NCBI GenBank assembly: GCA_036650515.1
Contig: JAVVZO010000001.1
Span: 39,189-103,188, forward strand
Source: Alistipes sp.
Lineage (GTDB): Bacteria > Bacteroidota > Bacteroidia > Bacteroidales > Rikenellaceae
DNA: 64,000 bases
Reading direction: 5' to 3'
A program made the position numbers and the translations under genes. Of the stretch, positions 1 to 10,879 are shown one piece after another (the stretch's first letter is position 1; the number at the start of each line of letters is the position of its first letter). Below the pieces are notes generated by a model. It was given only the letters and a program-made list of their open reading frames with translations, was not told the DNA's origin and did not search any database.

Positions 1-1
1 A

Positions 2-2044
2 GGTAAACGATTTTCCGTGACGGACATAAGGACCGAATTTGCCGAGCCCAACCACTAAATCCTCCTCTTCATAAGGGCCTAAATTACGGGGCAGTGCAAA
101 TAATTCCAAGGCCTCCTCTAAGGTGAGAGAGGCGATGAGTTGTCCCTTTTTCAGTGAGGCGAAGTGTGCTTTTTCTCCCGCTTCGCCCTCCATTTCTACC
201 ATCGGGCCATAACGACCGATGCGGGCTTTGACTTCGTGACCTGTTTTGGGATCAACACCCAAAATGCGGACTTGTGTCTTCTTGTCGGTTTGTGTTCCGA
301 TTGCCAAGTCGACCATCTTATGGAATGGGCCATAAAAATCGCCAATCATTCGCTCCCAAGTGATCGCGCCATCAGCGATGCGGTCGAACTCCTTTTCGAC
401 ATTGGCTGTGAAATTATAATCGAGAATAGAACTGAATTGCGACTCTAAATAGTCATTGACCACCATGCCAATGTCGGTGGGGGAGAGCCTATTTTTCTCT
501 TTGCCATAATTTTCACTGAGTGTCTTCTCGGTGATTTTGCCCCCTTCGGTGAAGGTGAATTGGATATAATCGCGTTTTTGTCCCTCTTTGTTTTGCTTCA
601 CCACATAGCCGCGATTGATGATGGTGGTGATGGTTGGGGCATAGGTGGATGGGCGACCGATGCCTAACTCCTCGAGGCGTTTGACCAAAGAGGCCTCATT
701 ATAGCGTGCAGGGCTTTGTGTAAACTTCTCTGTGGCAGTAATTTGCTTGGCATTGACGACCTCTCCGGGAACCATTTTTGGGAGAACACCCTCTAAGCTC
801 TCGGCCTCCTGTTGTTCCTCATCGACGGGGCTATTGTCCAAACGAAGGAAACCATCGAAACGGATCACCTCGCCGGTGGCGACAAACTGTTCTGTGGCGT
901 TGTCTTTGCCAATAACGATGGTGGTGCGGTCGATTTCGGCGCAGACCATTTGGGAGGCAACAGTACGCTTCCAAATGAGGTTATAAAGTTTCTTTTCGGC
1001 AGGCGTGCCCTCAATACTCTGAAGTTCGATAGAGGTGGGACGGATGGCCTCATGTGCCTCCTGTGCGCCTTTGCTCTTGGTTTTATAGTTGTGGAAAGAG
1101 GAATAATTCGCTCCGTAGAGTTGCGTGATAACCTCTTTACACTGAACGAGTGCTTGCTGAGAGAGGGTGACCGAGTCTGTACGCATATAGGATATAAGTC
1201 CTTGTTCATAAAGGCGTTGAGCCACAGACATCGTTTGCGAAACCGACATGCTCAACTTGCGTCCGGCCTCTTGTTGAAGGGTGGAGGTGGTAAACGGTGG
1301 CGCAGGATAGCGCTGTGCCGGCTTCTCTTCGGCCTTGAGCACAGTATAATGGGCATCAATGCAACTTTTTAGAAAGGCTTCGGCCTGCTCCTTTGTTTCA
1401 AAGCGGGTGGAAAGCTCTGCCTTGAAGAGTGTCTTTGCTGCATCGTTAGCGGGATAAAACTGTGCCACAACGCGAAAATAAGGGGTCGAAACGAAGGCGA
1501 TGATCTCGCGTTCACGCTCCACCAAAAGGCGGACGGCGACACTTTGTACACGTCCGGCGGAGAGCGATGGACGGACTTTCTTCCAAAGCACGGGGGAGAG
1601 CTCAAAACCCACCAAACGATCGAGAATACGACGAGCTTGTTGGGCATTGACCAAATCCATATTGACGGTGCGGGGGCTCTCGATGGCATCTAAGATCGCC
1701 TTTTTGGTGATCTCGTGGAAGACGATCCGCTTGGTATTCTCCACTGGAAGATTCAGCACCTCAGTTAGATGCCAAGCAATAGCCTCTCCTTCGCGGTCCT
1801 CATCAGACGCCAGCCAAACGATTTTATCTTTAGCCAACTTGGTCAGCTCGTCCACGACTTTGCGTTTGTCGCTTGGAATTTCGTAGACAGGCTCGTAATT
1901 GTTGCCAATTTGGATGCCCAGGTCTTTTTTTGAGAGGTCGCGGATGTGTCCGAAACTCGACTTGACTATGAAGTCGCTTCCTAAAAACTTTTCGATAGTC
2001 TTGGCTTTGGCCGGAGACTCGACGATTACTAAATTTTCCTGCAT
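2..2044 (-). CDS. topA: DNA topoisomerase I (3' end runs off the window)
   Basis: Translated by hand from ATG at 2044: MQENLVIVESPAKAKTIEKF (Toprim start). GKFGPYVRH C-terminal repeat near the window edge. Missing from the ORF track because there is no stop codon in the window. Confidence 0.95.
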   Translation of the reverse strand, partial: MQENLVIVESPAKAKTIEKFLGSDFIVKSSFGHIRDLSKKDLGIQIGNNYEPVYEIPSDKRKVVDELTKLAKDKIVWLASDEDREGEAIAWHLTEVLNLPVENTKRIVFHEITKKAILDAIESPRTVNMDLVNAQQARRILDRLVGFELSPVLWKKVRPSLSAGRVQSVAVRLLVEREREIIAFVSTPYFRVVAQFYPANDAAKTLFKAELSTRFETKEQAEAFLKSCIDAHYTVLKAEEKPAQRYPAPPFTTSTLQQEAGRKLSMSVSQTMSVAQRLYEQGLISYMRTDSVTLSQQALVQCKEVITQLYGANYSSFHNYKTKSKGAQEAHEAIRPTSIELQSIEGTPAEKKLYNLIWKRTVASQMVCAEIDRTTIVIGKDNATEQFVATGEVIRFDGFLRLDNSPVDEEQQEAESLEGVLPKMVPGEVVNAKQITATEKFTQSPARYNEASLVKRLEELGIGRPSTYAPTITTIINRGYVVKQNKEGQKRDYIQFTFTEGGKITEKTLSENYGKEKNRLSPTDIGMVVNDYLESQFSSILDYNFTANVEKEFDRIADGAITWERMIGDFYGPFHKMVDLAIGTQTDKKTQVRILGVDPKTGHEVKARIGRYGPMVEMEGEAGEKAHFASLKKGQLIASLTLEEALELFALPRNLGPYEEEDLVVGLGKFGPYVRHGKSFT

Positions 2045-2122
2045 TTCAAAAAATATCTTTCAAAAACACGAGAAAACCTAAGTGTATGACTTAGGTTATG
2101 CTCGTGTTGTATCGGTTACTAT

Positions 2123-3661
2123 CTATTTAATCATTACGTAGGTGATGTCTAACTTCATGGGGGCGGTGTTGTTTATCTCTGCCGCGCCTTGTGCCGTGCC
2201 ATAGGAAAAACTGTTGACCGAGTAGGCTTCTGGAGCGAGGTAGATCGTTCGATTAGGAATTTCAGTGATCTTCCCTGCTTTTTTATCAAGGTAGCTGTTC
2301 CACAGCTGCTGGATGTAGCTCTTGATATCCATTGTATAGCGCCCTTGGCTACGATTAACATAGCCTCCATAGGTGATGGCATTGCCGGCTTTTTCGTAGA
2401 GGTAGTTGTAATCAGAAATACCGGTCAGCCGCTTATAAGAGGTATAGAGCCCCAAGCGATAGGAGGTGCTACCCAGCCAATCAAGGAAGGTCTCTGTCGG
2501 TTGAATCGTTGTCCAATCATAGGCGCCTTCTCGACCAAAGAAAGAGATGGTTACCTGACTGAATGCCATGCTTTTGAATCGAACGCCACTCTCTTTGCTC
2601 TCCTCGCTGACAATCTTCTCCAACTCTTTAAAAAGTTCATCGGTGAAGGTGATCGCAGTCACAACGCCACCCAAACCCTCTACATAGCAGTCAGATAATA
2701 CGGCACTGCTCGTGTTTGGTTTGTCAGGGACAAAAGCGGCCAGTTTTGATTTTGTATAGTCATGCCGCATGGTGTTGATGGAGATGTTCCCCAAGTTGGC
2801 CGTTTCGCTATTGGTATGGTAGAAGTAGTAGACCGAAGTGGTTGTATCTTTGATCAAGGTGGGGTCGGTTTTGTCCCGATTACGGCCGTAGATCACGAAT
2901 CCGGATTCTGAAAGGTTGATTTGGAAAATATTGCCGTCACCTGCTTTGGCCGCATCCTGCTTGGGTTTAATGTAAAGGCCTTTGAAGGTGTTGAACCATG
3001 TGCTTTGATCATCGAAGATGGTCATGCTGAGTCCATCTTTTTGTAACATCAGCCGATCAATAAGTTTCCTGCCTTGTGCTGTCGGTTGCATGGTGACCAC
3101 ATTAGATTTGGCATAGACACCCTTGGCTTGATTCGGGAACTCAAAGGTGAAAGCAGGTTCTGCTTCCAAATATTTTGAGATGTCAAAATTGCCGTAGAAA
3201 GTGGTGTCCGGAGTGGCGGCGAGGAAGGAGTTGTCTTTGATCTCATAGACCTCAAACTGTTGCACATAGGTGGTGTCTCCTCCGTAGTTTGAGACGGCAA
3301 GAAAGAGCTGTGTTGAGTCGAAGATCGGTCGGTAGCCAAAGCCCTCTTTGGAGGGAATCACTGTCCAACGATATTGAGAGAAAAAGCCCGTTGAGCGCAA
3401 TCCAAAAGTGTCGTTACAGGTAGAACCAAAAAAGCCCGATCCCAAATTAGAGGTTCGGAGGGAATCGGTGTAGTAGAGCCTTGTTTCGAAGATGTTTTTC
3501 AGATCCTTGCGCACGCCGATCTTCATATCCTGATTGTCAGGAATGAAATCAGAGCCTAATGTATCGTCTACTTTTGTGCAGCCGGAGAAGGTTAAGAAGG
3601 TAACAACGCCCACCACGGCAGCGGTATTTAGCAGACAGCGTAACTTAGAGGATCTTTTCAT
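2123..3661 (-). CDS. DUF4270-family lipoprotein
   Basis: Start moved to MKRSSKLR; lipobox-like FSGC follows a hydrophobic stretch. Typical Bacteroidota position downstream of the glgA-like gene. Confidence 0.75.
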   Translation of the reverse strand: MKRSSKLRCLLNTAAVVGVVTFLTFSGCTKVDDTLGSDFIPDNQDMKIGVRKDLKNIFETRLYYTDSLRTSNLGSGFFGSTCNDTFGLRSTGFFSQYRWTVIPSKEGFGYRPIFDSTQLFLAVSNYGGDTTYVQQFEVYEIKDNSFLAATPDTTFYGNFDISKYLEAEPAFTFEFPNQAKGVYAKSNVVTMQPTAQGRKLIDRLMLQKDGLSMTIFDDQSTWFNTFKGLYIKPKQDAAKAGDGNIFQINLSESGFVIYGRNRDKTDPTLIKDTTTSVYYFYHTNSETANLGNISINTMRHDYTKSKLAAFVPDKPNTSSAVLSDCYVEGLGGVVTAITFTDELFKELEKIVSEESKESGVRFKSMAFSQVTISFFGREGAYDWTTIQPTETFLDWLGSTSYRLGLYTSYKRLTGISDYNYLYEKAGNAITYGGYVNRSQGRYTMDIKSYIQQLWNSYLDKKAGKITEIPNRTIYLAPEAYSVNSFSYGTAQGAAEINNTAPMKLDITYVMIK

Positions 3662-4451
3662 AAAATTGGTTATAATTGTCGAAAAACTCCGGTGTGTCGG
3701 GGGCTTGGTATCCAAGGGTCGGCTTTCCGCTCTCAGAGACGATGGCCATTACCTGCTCATCCACATTGGGAGAGCCGATGACGATCCCGTCGGCATATCC
3801 AATAACGTAGCGGCAGAGATTTTCGTATGAAGGGTCGTTAAGAATTGAAAGATTTTTATCTTTTATCCCCTCATTGGCGATTTTAAGACGAATATCTTTG
3901 TTTAGTGGCTGGTCGAATTTCTCATCATAGAGCGAAATGACGATCTTGACGTGCTTGAAGATCGGGTCGTCGGCGAATATTTTGCGTAAATAGATCGGGA
4001 TGATGCTTGAAAACCAACCGTGGCAATGGACAATCGTTGGTGTCCAACGTAATTTCTTGACCGTTTCGAGCACTCCACGAGCAAAGAAAATAGCCCGTTC
4101 ATCGTTGTCCTCGAAGGCAACACCCGCCGGATCACACAGAACTGCTTTGCGAGAAAAGTAGTCATCGTTATCAATAAAATAGATCTGTACGCGTGCCGAA
4201 GGAATGGAAGCCACCTTGATAATGAGTTGATGGTCATTATCATCAATGATCAGGTTCATGCCCGAGAGGCGGATCACTTCATGCAGTTGATGCCTGCGTT
4301 CGTTGATACATCCGTAGTGGGGCATAAAGGTGCGGATCTCATTGCCGCGTTCCTGCATAGCCTGGGAAAGCGCGCGGCAGAGCACCGAAGCTTCGGTTTC
4401 AGGAAGATAAGGAGTAATCTCCTGACATACATACAGTATCTTGCTTGCCAT
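3645..4451 (-). CDS. Glycogen/starch synthase N-terminal-domain-only protein (Glyco_transf_5-like)
   Basis: MASKILYVCQEITPYLP start, IRTFMPHYG and IVHCHGW motifs. About 268 aa, with no C-terminal GT1 domain. Confidence 0.8.
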   Translation of the reverse strand: MASKILYVCQEITPYLPETEASVLCRALSQAMQERGNEIRTFMPHYGCINERRHQLHEVIRLSGMNLIIDDNDHQLIIKVASIPSARVQIYFIDNDDYFSRKAVLCDPAGVAFEDNDERAIFFARGVLETVKKLRWTPTIVHCHGWFSSIIPIYLRKIFADDPIFKHVKIVISLYDEKFDQPLNKDIRLKIANEGIKDKNLSILNDPSYENLCRYVIGYADGIVIGSPNVDEQVMAIVSESGKPTLGYQAPDTPEFFDNYNQFYEKIL

Positions 4452-4475
4452 TTTGAGAGGGTTTATGAATAAATA

Positions 4476-4483
4476 CAAAGATA
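4476..4483 (-). promoter_or_regulatory. Bacteroidota -7 promoter element (TATCTTTG) for the glgA-like gene
   Basis: caaagata on the plus strand, 25 nt upstream of the ATG. Confidence 0.55.
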
Positions 4484-4503
4484 GTAAAAAAAATCTAAAA
4501 AAT

Positions 4504-5553
4504 CTAAAGAATCAACATCGCATCGCCATATGTGCCGAAACGATACCCTTCGTCTTTTGCTACTTTGTATGCGGCTAATATACGATCGTAACCACCAAAG
4601 GCTGCCACCATCATCAGTTGGGTGGAAAAAGGAAGATGGAAATTGGTGACCATCGCATCTGCCACCGTGAATTCGTAAGGGGAGAAGATGAACTTATTGG
4701 TCCATCCGTCCATGGGCTTAATCATGCCGTTGGTTGAAACAGCAGTCTCCAAGGTGCGCATGACTGTTGTGCCGATAGAGACGACCTTGTGTCCCTTGGT
4801 CTTGGCGGTATTGACATCTTGTGCAGCAGTTTCGGTGACGAAGAACTGTTCCGAGTCCATCTTGTGCTTCGAGAGATCTTCTACATCCACGGTGCGGAAG
4901 TTGCCCAGGCCAACATGGAGGGTGACAAAGGTGTGGCTGACGCCATTGATCTCCATGCGCTTCATTAAGTGCTTAGAGAAGTGTAATCCCGCCGTAGGAG
5001 CTGCCACAGCGCCTTCTTTGTCGGCAAAAATAGTCTGATAGCGTTCGGCATCGGATGGTTCGACCTTCTCACGTACCCACTTGGGCAGCGGGGTCTCCCC
5101 CAACTTGAAGAGTGTGGCCTTGAACTCATCGTAATTGCCATCAAAAAGGAAACGTAAGGTACGCCCGCGGGAGGTGGTATTGTCAATGACTTCCGCCACC
5201 AACAAATCATCTTCGCCGAAATAAAGTTTATTGCCGATGCGGATTTTACGTGCCGGATCGACCAAAACGTCCCAAAGTCGTAGATCTTTGTTTAACTCGC
5301 GGAGCAGAAAGATCTCAATTTCGGCACCTGTTTTCTCCTTGTTGCCATATAAACGTGCGGGGAATACTTTGGTGTCGTTGAAGACAAAAAGATCATTTTC
5401 GTCAAAATAGTCGAGAATATCTTTAAAAAGCCGATGTTCAATCTCCCCTGTTGACCGATGAATGACCATCAAACGAGACTCATCTCGGTTTTCCGTGGGG
5501 TGTTTCGCGATCATTTCAGGCGAAAATTCGTATCCGTATTGTGACAGTTTCAT
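4504..5553 (-). CDS. queA: S-adenosylmethionine:tRNA ribosyltransferase-isomerase
   Basis: [16 protein letters not shown] and [12 protein letters not shown] motifs. Confidence 0.96.
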   Translation of the reverse strand: MKLSQYGYEFSPEMIAKHPTENRDESRLMVIHRSTGEIEHRLFKDILDYFDENDLFVFNDTKVFPARLYGNKEKTGAEIEIFLLRELNKDLRLWDVLVDPARKIRIGNKLYFGEDDLLVAEVIDNTTSRGRTLRFLFDGNYDEFKATLFKLGETPLPKWVREKVEPSDAERYQTIFADKEGAVAAPTAGLHFSKHLMKRMEINGVSHTFVTLHVGLGNFRTVDVEDLSKHKMDSEQFFVTETAAQDVNTAKTKGHKVVSIGTTVMRTLETAVSTNGMIKPMDGWTNKFIFSPYEFTVADAMVTNFHLPFSTQLMMVAAFGGYDRILAAYKVAKDEGYRFGTYGDAMLIL

Positions 5554-5627
5554 AGGCAAATGTTATGTTATTTTTTGTCTCCAGCCATTATTGCATGCAC
5601 GAGGACAAAAAGGATACGAAAAAGAGG

Positions 5628-6356
5628 CTATTTTGTTTCACTATCAGCGAGTTTTTCTAAAAAAAATGTCAAATCATGGGCATTCCCCACGGTGAATCCA
5701 CCATTACGGGTGCGACAAAGTGAGGTGAGGTGTGCTCCACTTTGGAGGGCTTCGCCAATTTCGCACGCCAAAGAGCGGATGTAGGTGCCCTTGCTACAAC
5801 GTACGCGGATGGTAATCATGGGCATATCGTAGGCCAAGAGCTCAATTTCGTAGATCGAAATGAGTGCCCGCCGGAGTTCCACGGTCTCACCGGCGCGGGC
5901 AAATTCATAGGCACGCACGCCCTCCACCTTTTTGGCGGAGTACTGTGGCGGGGTTTGGTAGCGCTCACCGGTTAAAGATTGCAGGGTCTCCTCTACCGCT
6001 GTACGGGTAATGTGTTCGGTCGGATAGGTTTGGTCGATGGGATGCTCCAAATCGTAGCTGGGGGTGGTTGCGCCTAATTGAATGGTGGCGATATACTCCT
6101 TCTCCTCAGACTGGAGGTTGTCGACCATTTTTGTGGCCTTGCCGATGCAAACCAACAGCACACCGGTGGCTAAGGGATCGAGTGTGCCGGCATGTCCAAC
6201 CTTGATCTTCGAGAAGCCCACCTTATGGAGGGCAAATTTGATTTTGCGCACCACATCGGTGGATGTCCACTGAAGGGGCTTGTTGATGACGGCGATGTAA
6301 CCCTCTCTGAAGTCTACACCTTTGAGGTCAAGCGTTTCTATTTTAGTTTCACACAT
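5628..6356 (-). CDS. truB: tRNA pseudouridine(55) synthase
   Basis: KVGHAGTLDPLATGVL and CSKGTYIRSL motifs. Start placed at MCETK. Confidence 0.95.
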   Translation of the reverse strand: MCETKIETLDLKGVDFREGYIAVINKPLQWTSTDVVRKIKFALHKVGFSKIKVGHAGTLDPLATGVLLVCIGKATKMVDNLQSEEKEYIATIQLGATTPSYDLEHPIDQTYPTEHITRTAVEETLQSLTGERYQTPPQYSAKKVEGVRAYEFARAGETVELRRALISIYEIELLAYDMPMITIRVRCSKGTYIRSLACEIGEALQSGAHLTSLCRTRNGGFTVGNAHDLTFFLEKLADSETK

Positions 6357-6360
6357 TCGA

Positions 6361-7152
6361 TTAGAGGATGAAGAAATAGCTGAAGATCGAGAGTAGTCCG
6401 ACCACAACGCAGTAGTAGGCAAAATAGATCAGACGACCGCGTTTAACCATTTCTATCATGAATTTGCAGGCCAAAGCGCCCACGATGAAGGCGGCCATGA
6501 AGCCGGCAAAGAGTGGAAGAGCAGCGACTTCTGTGGCTGCTGTATTTCCCGAAAGAATATCAAGAAGCATCTTCCCCAAGATCACAGGGATCACCATCAG
6601 GAAAGAGAATTGAGCCACGCCGTCTTTGCGATTACCCAACAACAAACCTGTGGCGATGGTCGTTCCCGAACGGGAGAGCCCGGGCATGGTGGCGGCAGCT
6701 TGTGCCAAACCGATGACCAAAGCATCGCGGTAGGTGAGTTCTCGCTGGCGACTGGGACGGTAGTAATAGGCCAAGGCCAACAAAGCCGCGGTCAAGAGTA
6801 GCATCAGTCCGACAACCAACAGTGAGCTAAAGAGAGTTTCGAGTTGCTCGCTGAACAGAATGCCGATAATACCGGCAGGGATCATGGAGATCACGATTTT
6901 TAGGACATAACTTTGTTCGGGCGTAAAGTGGCGCGAGAAGAGCCCTTTTAGCAATCGGAGTAGTTCGCGCCACATTACCACAATGGTGCTACACACCGTA
7001 GCGGCGTGCAGGGTGATGTCGAAAGCGATGTTGTTGTCCAGTTGTACCCCTAAGAGCTCTTTGGCAATTTGGAGGTGACCGCTGCTTGATACCGGCAGAA
7101 ATTCTGTAATACCTTGTACGATGCCGAGCAAGATGGCTTGGAGTGTATTCAT
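6361..7152 (-). CDS. uppP: Undecaprenyl-diphosphate phosphatase
   Basis: GIVQGITEFLPVSSSGH and PGLSRSG motifs; multiple TM segments. Confidence 0.95.
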   Translation of the reverse strand: MNTLQAILLGIVQGITEFLPVSSSGHLQIAKELLGVQLDNNIAFDITLHAATVCSTIVVMWRELLRLLKGLFSRHFTPEQSYVLKIVISMIPAGIIGILFSEQLETLFSSLLVVGLMLLLTAALLALAYYYRPSRQRELTYRDALVIGLAQAAATMPGLSRSGTTIATGLLLGNRKDGVAQFSFLMVIPVILGKMLLDILSGNTAATEVAALPLFAGFMAAFIVGALACKFMIEMVKRGRLIYFAYYCVVVGLLSIFSYFFIL

Positions 7153-7177
7153 GGCTAAAAAGGGGGTTAAGTGGGGC

Positions 7178-7447
7178 TTATTTTTTGGATGTTGGGTTGT
7201 CAAAACGTTTCATGATGGCGAAAATTTCAAACACGAACCCGCCCACGATAAGAATCGGGGCTAACGTGATGCGCCACCACGAAAACATGGCAAAGTTGAA
7301 TTCGTCCGCCGAATCACTACCACCTCCGGCCATGAGGGCTAATCCAAGGAGTATGACCAAGAATCCGATGAGTAATAGGATGTAATTTTTTGTCGACAGT
7401 GCCATGAGTGCATCATTTTTGTCGTTTATTTCACGGAATTTTTTCAT
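7178..7447 (-). CDS. Small two-TM membrane protein (DUF3098-like)
   Basis: KNYILLLIGFLVILLGLALMAGGGS...RITLAPIL pattern; conserved ftsX-DUF3098-uppP-truB order in Bacteroidota. Confidence 0.75.
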   Translation of the reverse strand: MKKFREINDKNDALMALSTKNYILLLIGFLVILLGLALMAGGGSDSADEFNFAMFSWWRITLAPILIVGGFVFEIFAIMKRFDNPTSKK

Positions 7448-7456
7448 AAAAGACTT

Positions 7457-8338
7457 CTAATAGAGGTGAATTTTATTGGATTTCATGTTGACGAATTTAT
7501 TGACAGCAAAGATGGTGAATGAGGCGGAGATAAGGACACCTCCGGCCATCATCGCAAAGGTAATCAGTACGATTTTGCTCATCGTGGCCAAGGAGGTCAA
7601 CTCAGGAATGGCTTCGTTGAGGCCATAGATGGCAATGCCGAAGAGCAACATGGCACCCAAACCGGCTAAGATGCCCTGGGTGATGCTACTTTGCAAGAAA
7701 GGTCGCATGATATACCATTTGGTGGCACCCACTAATTTCATGGTGTTGATCAGGTAACGCTTTGAGAAGATGGCTAATCGAATGGTGTTGTTGAGCAGAA
7801 TGAGCGAGATAATCAGTAGTGCGCCACCAAAAATAGTCAGCACCAGCCGAATTTTGCCCACCGTAGCATGAAGTCGTTCGACCATTTGAGCCGGATAACT
7901 CACCCGATCCACACCACGAATCTCTTCGATTTGGGTGATGAACTTTTCGAGTAGCTCGTGTTCTGAAGAGCGAGCCGATAACTTGACCTCATAGGAGTCC
8001 ATGAGTGGATTCTCGCCCAAGATTTCGTCAATCTCATTCTCAAACATCTTGCGGAACTCCCCATCGTTGATCTTCTCCTCCTTGGAACTGAAGGTGGCCT
8101 CACTGACGATTTCTGAGTCGCAGATCTGTTCGTGAATCTTGGCCACGCGCGCTGAATCCAGTCCGTTTCGGAGTTCCACACTCACGTTGACACTCTCTTG
8201 GAGGGTGGTAGCCACTTGGAGTGCCGCGGTCATCAGATAACCGACAGAACCCAAGAGGAAGAGCACCAATGCGACACTGATGGTCGATACGATGTAAGAG
8301 TTGCGTATTTTACGCTTCAGTCTTTTGTCTTCTTTCAT
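7457..8338 (-). CDS. ftsX: Cell division permease FtsX
   Basis: LLNNTIRLAIFSKRYLINTMKLVGAT and IMRPF motifs; 4-TM layout. Confidence 0.92.
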   Translation of the reverse strand: MKEDKRLKRKIRNSYIVSTISVALVLFLLGSVGYLMTAALQVATTLQESVNVSVELRNGLDSARVAKIHEQICDSEIVSEATFSSKEEKINDGEFRKMFENEIDEILGENPLMDSYEVKLSARSSEHELLEKFITQIEEIRGVDRVSYPAQMVERLHATVGKIRLVLTIFGGALLIISLILLNNTIRLAIFSKRYLINTMKLVGATKWYIMRPFLQSSITQGILAGLGAMLLFGIAIYGLNEAIPELTSLATMSKIVLITFAMMAGGVLISASFTIFAVNKFVNMKSNKIHLY

Positions 8339-10781
8339 GTCTAAATAGATAAATGAGTAGACCTACAATTCCCAACAAAATGGTGATGGAAGAGAGGAGG
8401 GTGATGCCTTCTGTGACTCTCCATGCGGGTGCTTTGAAACGCCATTCGATGGTGTGTGTGCCGGCAGGAATTTCCATCGCGCGCAACACATAGTCGGCCC
8501 GTAAATAGGGAGCTTGCTGGCCATCAATGAATGCTGTCCAGCCCTTGTCGTAATAAATTTCTGAAAAGACAGCCAAGGCTGGTGCGTCAGCTTGAACGGT
8601 ATATTTTTGATAATTCGGACGGTATTCCTCCAACGCAATGTTGCCCTGACCAAAGGAGGATTCTTTGAGTGGAAATTGTGTGTTGACGATGGCTGCTCGG
8701 CGGGTGTCGATCTCTCCCAGACGATCAATCTCCTCTTGCGGAGAGGTTGCATTAACCACTCCTTCAACCAACCAAGCGGCTCCGTTGGCCGTTTCGCGCC
8801 GGACGACCGAGTCGGGGCTAACGATCAGATAGCGGGTATTTAGTAGATCCAGTACCTCCGGATCTAACTGGGAGAGGTGGCGATCAATCAGATCTTGGTA
8901 ACGGGAGAGTTTTGCACCATGATAGCCACCCACCGAGCGATGGAAATAGGAGGTGGTGGCATCATTGAAGGGGCTGACTGTGAGGTTGAGAACGCGGTAA
9001 CCCAACTCCGTATCTTGCAGAATCTTCGTGTCGGCAGCGGTGGCGGTGATGCGATTGCTACGGGCGGTGACAAATTTACTTTGTGGCAAATAGCGCAGGT
9101 CAACGGGAATGAGGTCTATCAGCAAAAGTACGCCCAAAAAGATCATCAGGATCTCGCGAGGATAGCGCTTGTGTAGATAAAGCCAAATTGCGGCCGCGGC
9201 TATCAGGATAAGAAGAAGCGAACGCCAAGCATCGGCGGTCATGATCTGTGCGCGCTCAGCCTCCATGGCATCGGCGGTGATCGCTCCAATCTCCTCATGC
9301 AGACCCTCTTGGATCGCTTGATTCATGCCTGCCTGTTGAAGCATCTGACCAAATTGATTGGTCATCATTTTGGCACTGGCATCATGCCCAAAGCTGAAAA
9401 GCGCACCTCCTGCCACGGCAAAAAGTAGGCAGATGCCACCCGTTACTCCCAATGCCCAATATAAAGCGCGTTTCCGTACTCCATTGTCGCTCTCTCTCTT
9501 CCATAATTTGCTCAAGGCCAATGCGCCCAAAAGAGGGACAGTCCACTGGACGATCACCAAGATCATGGAGACGGTGCGGAATTTGTTGTAGCCGGGAAGG
9601 TATTTGAAGGCTAATTCGGTTAATCCCATGAAGTTGTGTCCCCAAGAGAGCAAGATGGCCAGTAAGGTCGCCGCAATGATCCACCACTTGTTGCGTCCTT
9701 TTGTGAGCCCAATTCCCAAGACAGCCAAGAAGATAGCGACTGCCCCGATGTAGGTTGGACCGGCGGTGAAAGGTTGTTCTCCCCAGTAGGAGGGTAGTTG
9801 TGTTGCTGCCTGACTTAGCCCATAGGGCTTGAGGACATCTGCCACCTGACGATCTTTGGCAAATGTGGAGGTGGATTCGCCACCCATAAAGTTGGGGATG
9901 AGCATATTCCAACTCTCGGCACGACCATAACTCCAAGCTGTGGCGTAGTCTATGGCCAAGCCTTTTTGCGCACTTTCGCTATTTGACACTAATTCGGAGC
10001 CGCCACGCATGGTCTCTTTGGTGTGTTGGGCGGCATACCAAAGTGGCGAGAAGTTTGATCCCAAGGCGATGATTCCGGCCGCAGCGAGCAGGGCGGTGCG
10101 CTTGGCAAAGTCACGAAGGGTCTTTTTCTTGAATGCACCGATGCCCTCGCTGATCCATAAAAGGAGGAGAGCCAAGAGAAAATAGTAGGTGATTTGCGGG
10201 TGGTTAGCGCCGATTTCGAGTGAGGTGAAGAGGGCGGTCAGTGCCGCGCCGATCCAAACATTCCGCCGCAAGGTGAGCCATGCGCCCCCCATCATCAATG
10301 GGGCGTAGACCAATGCCCACATTTTGGTAATGTGTCCAGCTCCGATGATCAGAAAAAAGTAGGTTGAAAGTCCATAGGCCAAGGAGGGTATGATCCCCAC
10401 CCAAGGATTGATGCCTGTCATGCAGAGCATGATCCACATGGCCAACATGGCAAAAAAGACGAAGCCGGCCGGGGTGTCGATAATTTTCACAATTTGTCCC
10501 ACCGTCCGTTTGACAAGCTGTGCTGGATAGTCGATGTTGATCATGTAGGCCGGCATGCCACCGAACATACCCCCCGTCCATTGAGGATCTTCTCCTGTGG
10601 CTGTACGGTTAGCTTGGATGTCGTGGGTCATGCCTTCGTATTGAAGCACATCGTGTTGAGGCAATACCTCACCGGTAAATTGAGGGGCAAAGTAAAGTGC
10701 GCTGACAGCAAAAAATATTACCACCGCCACCCCTGCGGGTAGCAGTCGAAGGATTATGGATTTAGAAGCATTCATCGTCAT
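8310..10781 (-). CDS. YfhO-family multi-pass membrane protein (GT-C-like)
   Basis: 823 aa, many TM helices; PQWTGGMFGGMPAY, HPQITYY and YFHRSVGGYHGAKL motifs typical of Bacteroidota YfhO proteins. Confidence 0.8.
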   Translation of the reverse strand: MTMNASKSIILRLLPAGVAVVIFFAVSALYFAPQFTGEVLPQHDVLQYEGMTHDIQANRTATGEDPQWTGGMFGGMPAYMINIDYPAQLVKRTVGQIVKIIDTPAGFVFFAMLAMWIMLCMTGINPWVGIIPSLAYGLSTYFFLIIGAGHITKMWALVYAPLMMGGAWLTLRRNVWIGAALTALFTSLEIGANHPQITYYFLLALLLLWISEGIGAFKKKTLRDFAKRTALLAAAGIIALGSNFSPLWYAAQHTKETMRGGSELVSNSESAQKGLAIDYATAWSYGRAESWNMLIPNFMGGESTSTFAKDRQVADVLKPYGLSQAATQLPSYWGEQPFTAGPTYIGAVAIFLAVLGIGLTKGRNKWWIIAATLLAILLSWGHNFMGLTELAFKYLPGYNKFRTVSMILVIVQWTVPLLGALALSKLWKRESDNGVRKRALYWALGVTGGICLLFAVAGGALFSFGHDASAKMMTNQFGQMLQQAGMNQAIQEGLHEEIGAITADAMEAERAQIMTADAWRSLLLILIAAAAIWLYLHKRYPREILMIFLGVLLLIDLIPVDLRYLPQSKFVTARSNRITATAADTKILQDTELGYRVLNLTVSPFNDATTSYFHRSVGGYHGAKLSRYQDLIDRHLSQLDPEVLDLLNTRYLIVSPDSVVRRETANGAAWLVEGVVNATSPQEEIDRLGEIDTRRAAIVNTQFPLKESSFGQGNIALEEYRPNYQKYTVQADAPALAVFSEIYYDKGWTAFIDGQQAPYLRADYVLRAMEIPAGTHTIEWRFKAPAWRVTEGITLLSSITILLGIVGLLIYLFRHERRQKTEA

Positions 10782-10798
10782 TCACTGATTTCAAGTTT

Positions 10799-10856
10799 CA
10801 AAGGTACGAAAAAACATTCATTTGCGTGACCTGCTGTTGAAAAATGACTATCTTTG
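10799..10856. promoter_or_regulatory. Divergent -7 promoter pair (yfhO-like / polyprenyl synthase)
   Basis: caaaggta at 10799-10806 (minus-strand TACCTTTG) and TATCTTTG at 10849-10856 on the plus strand. Confidence 0.6.
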
Positions 10857-10879
10857 CGTGGCAAATAATCGATTCATCT

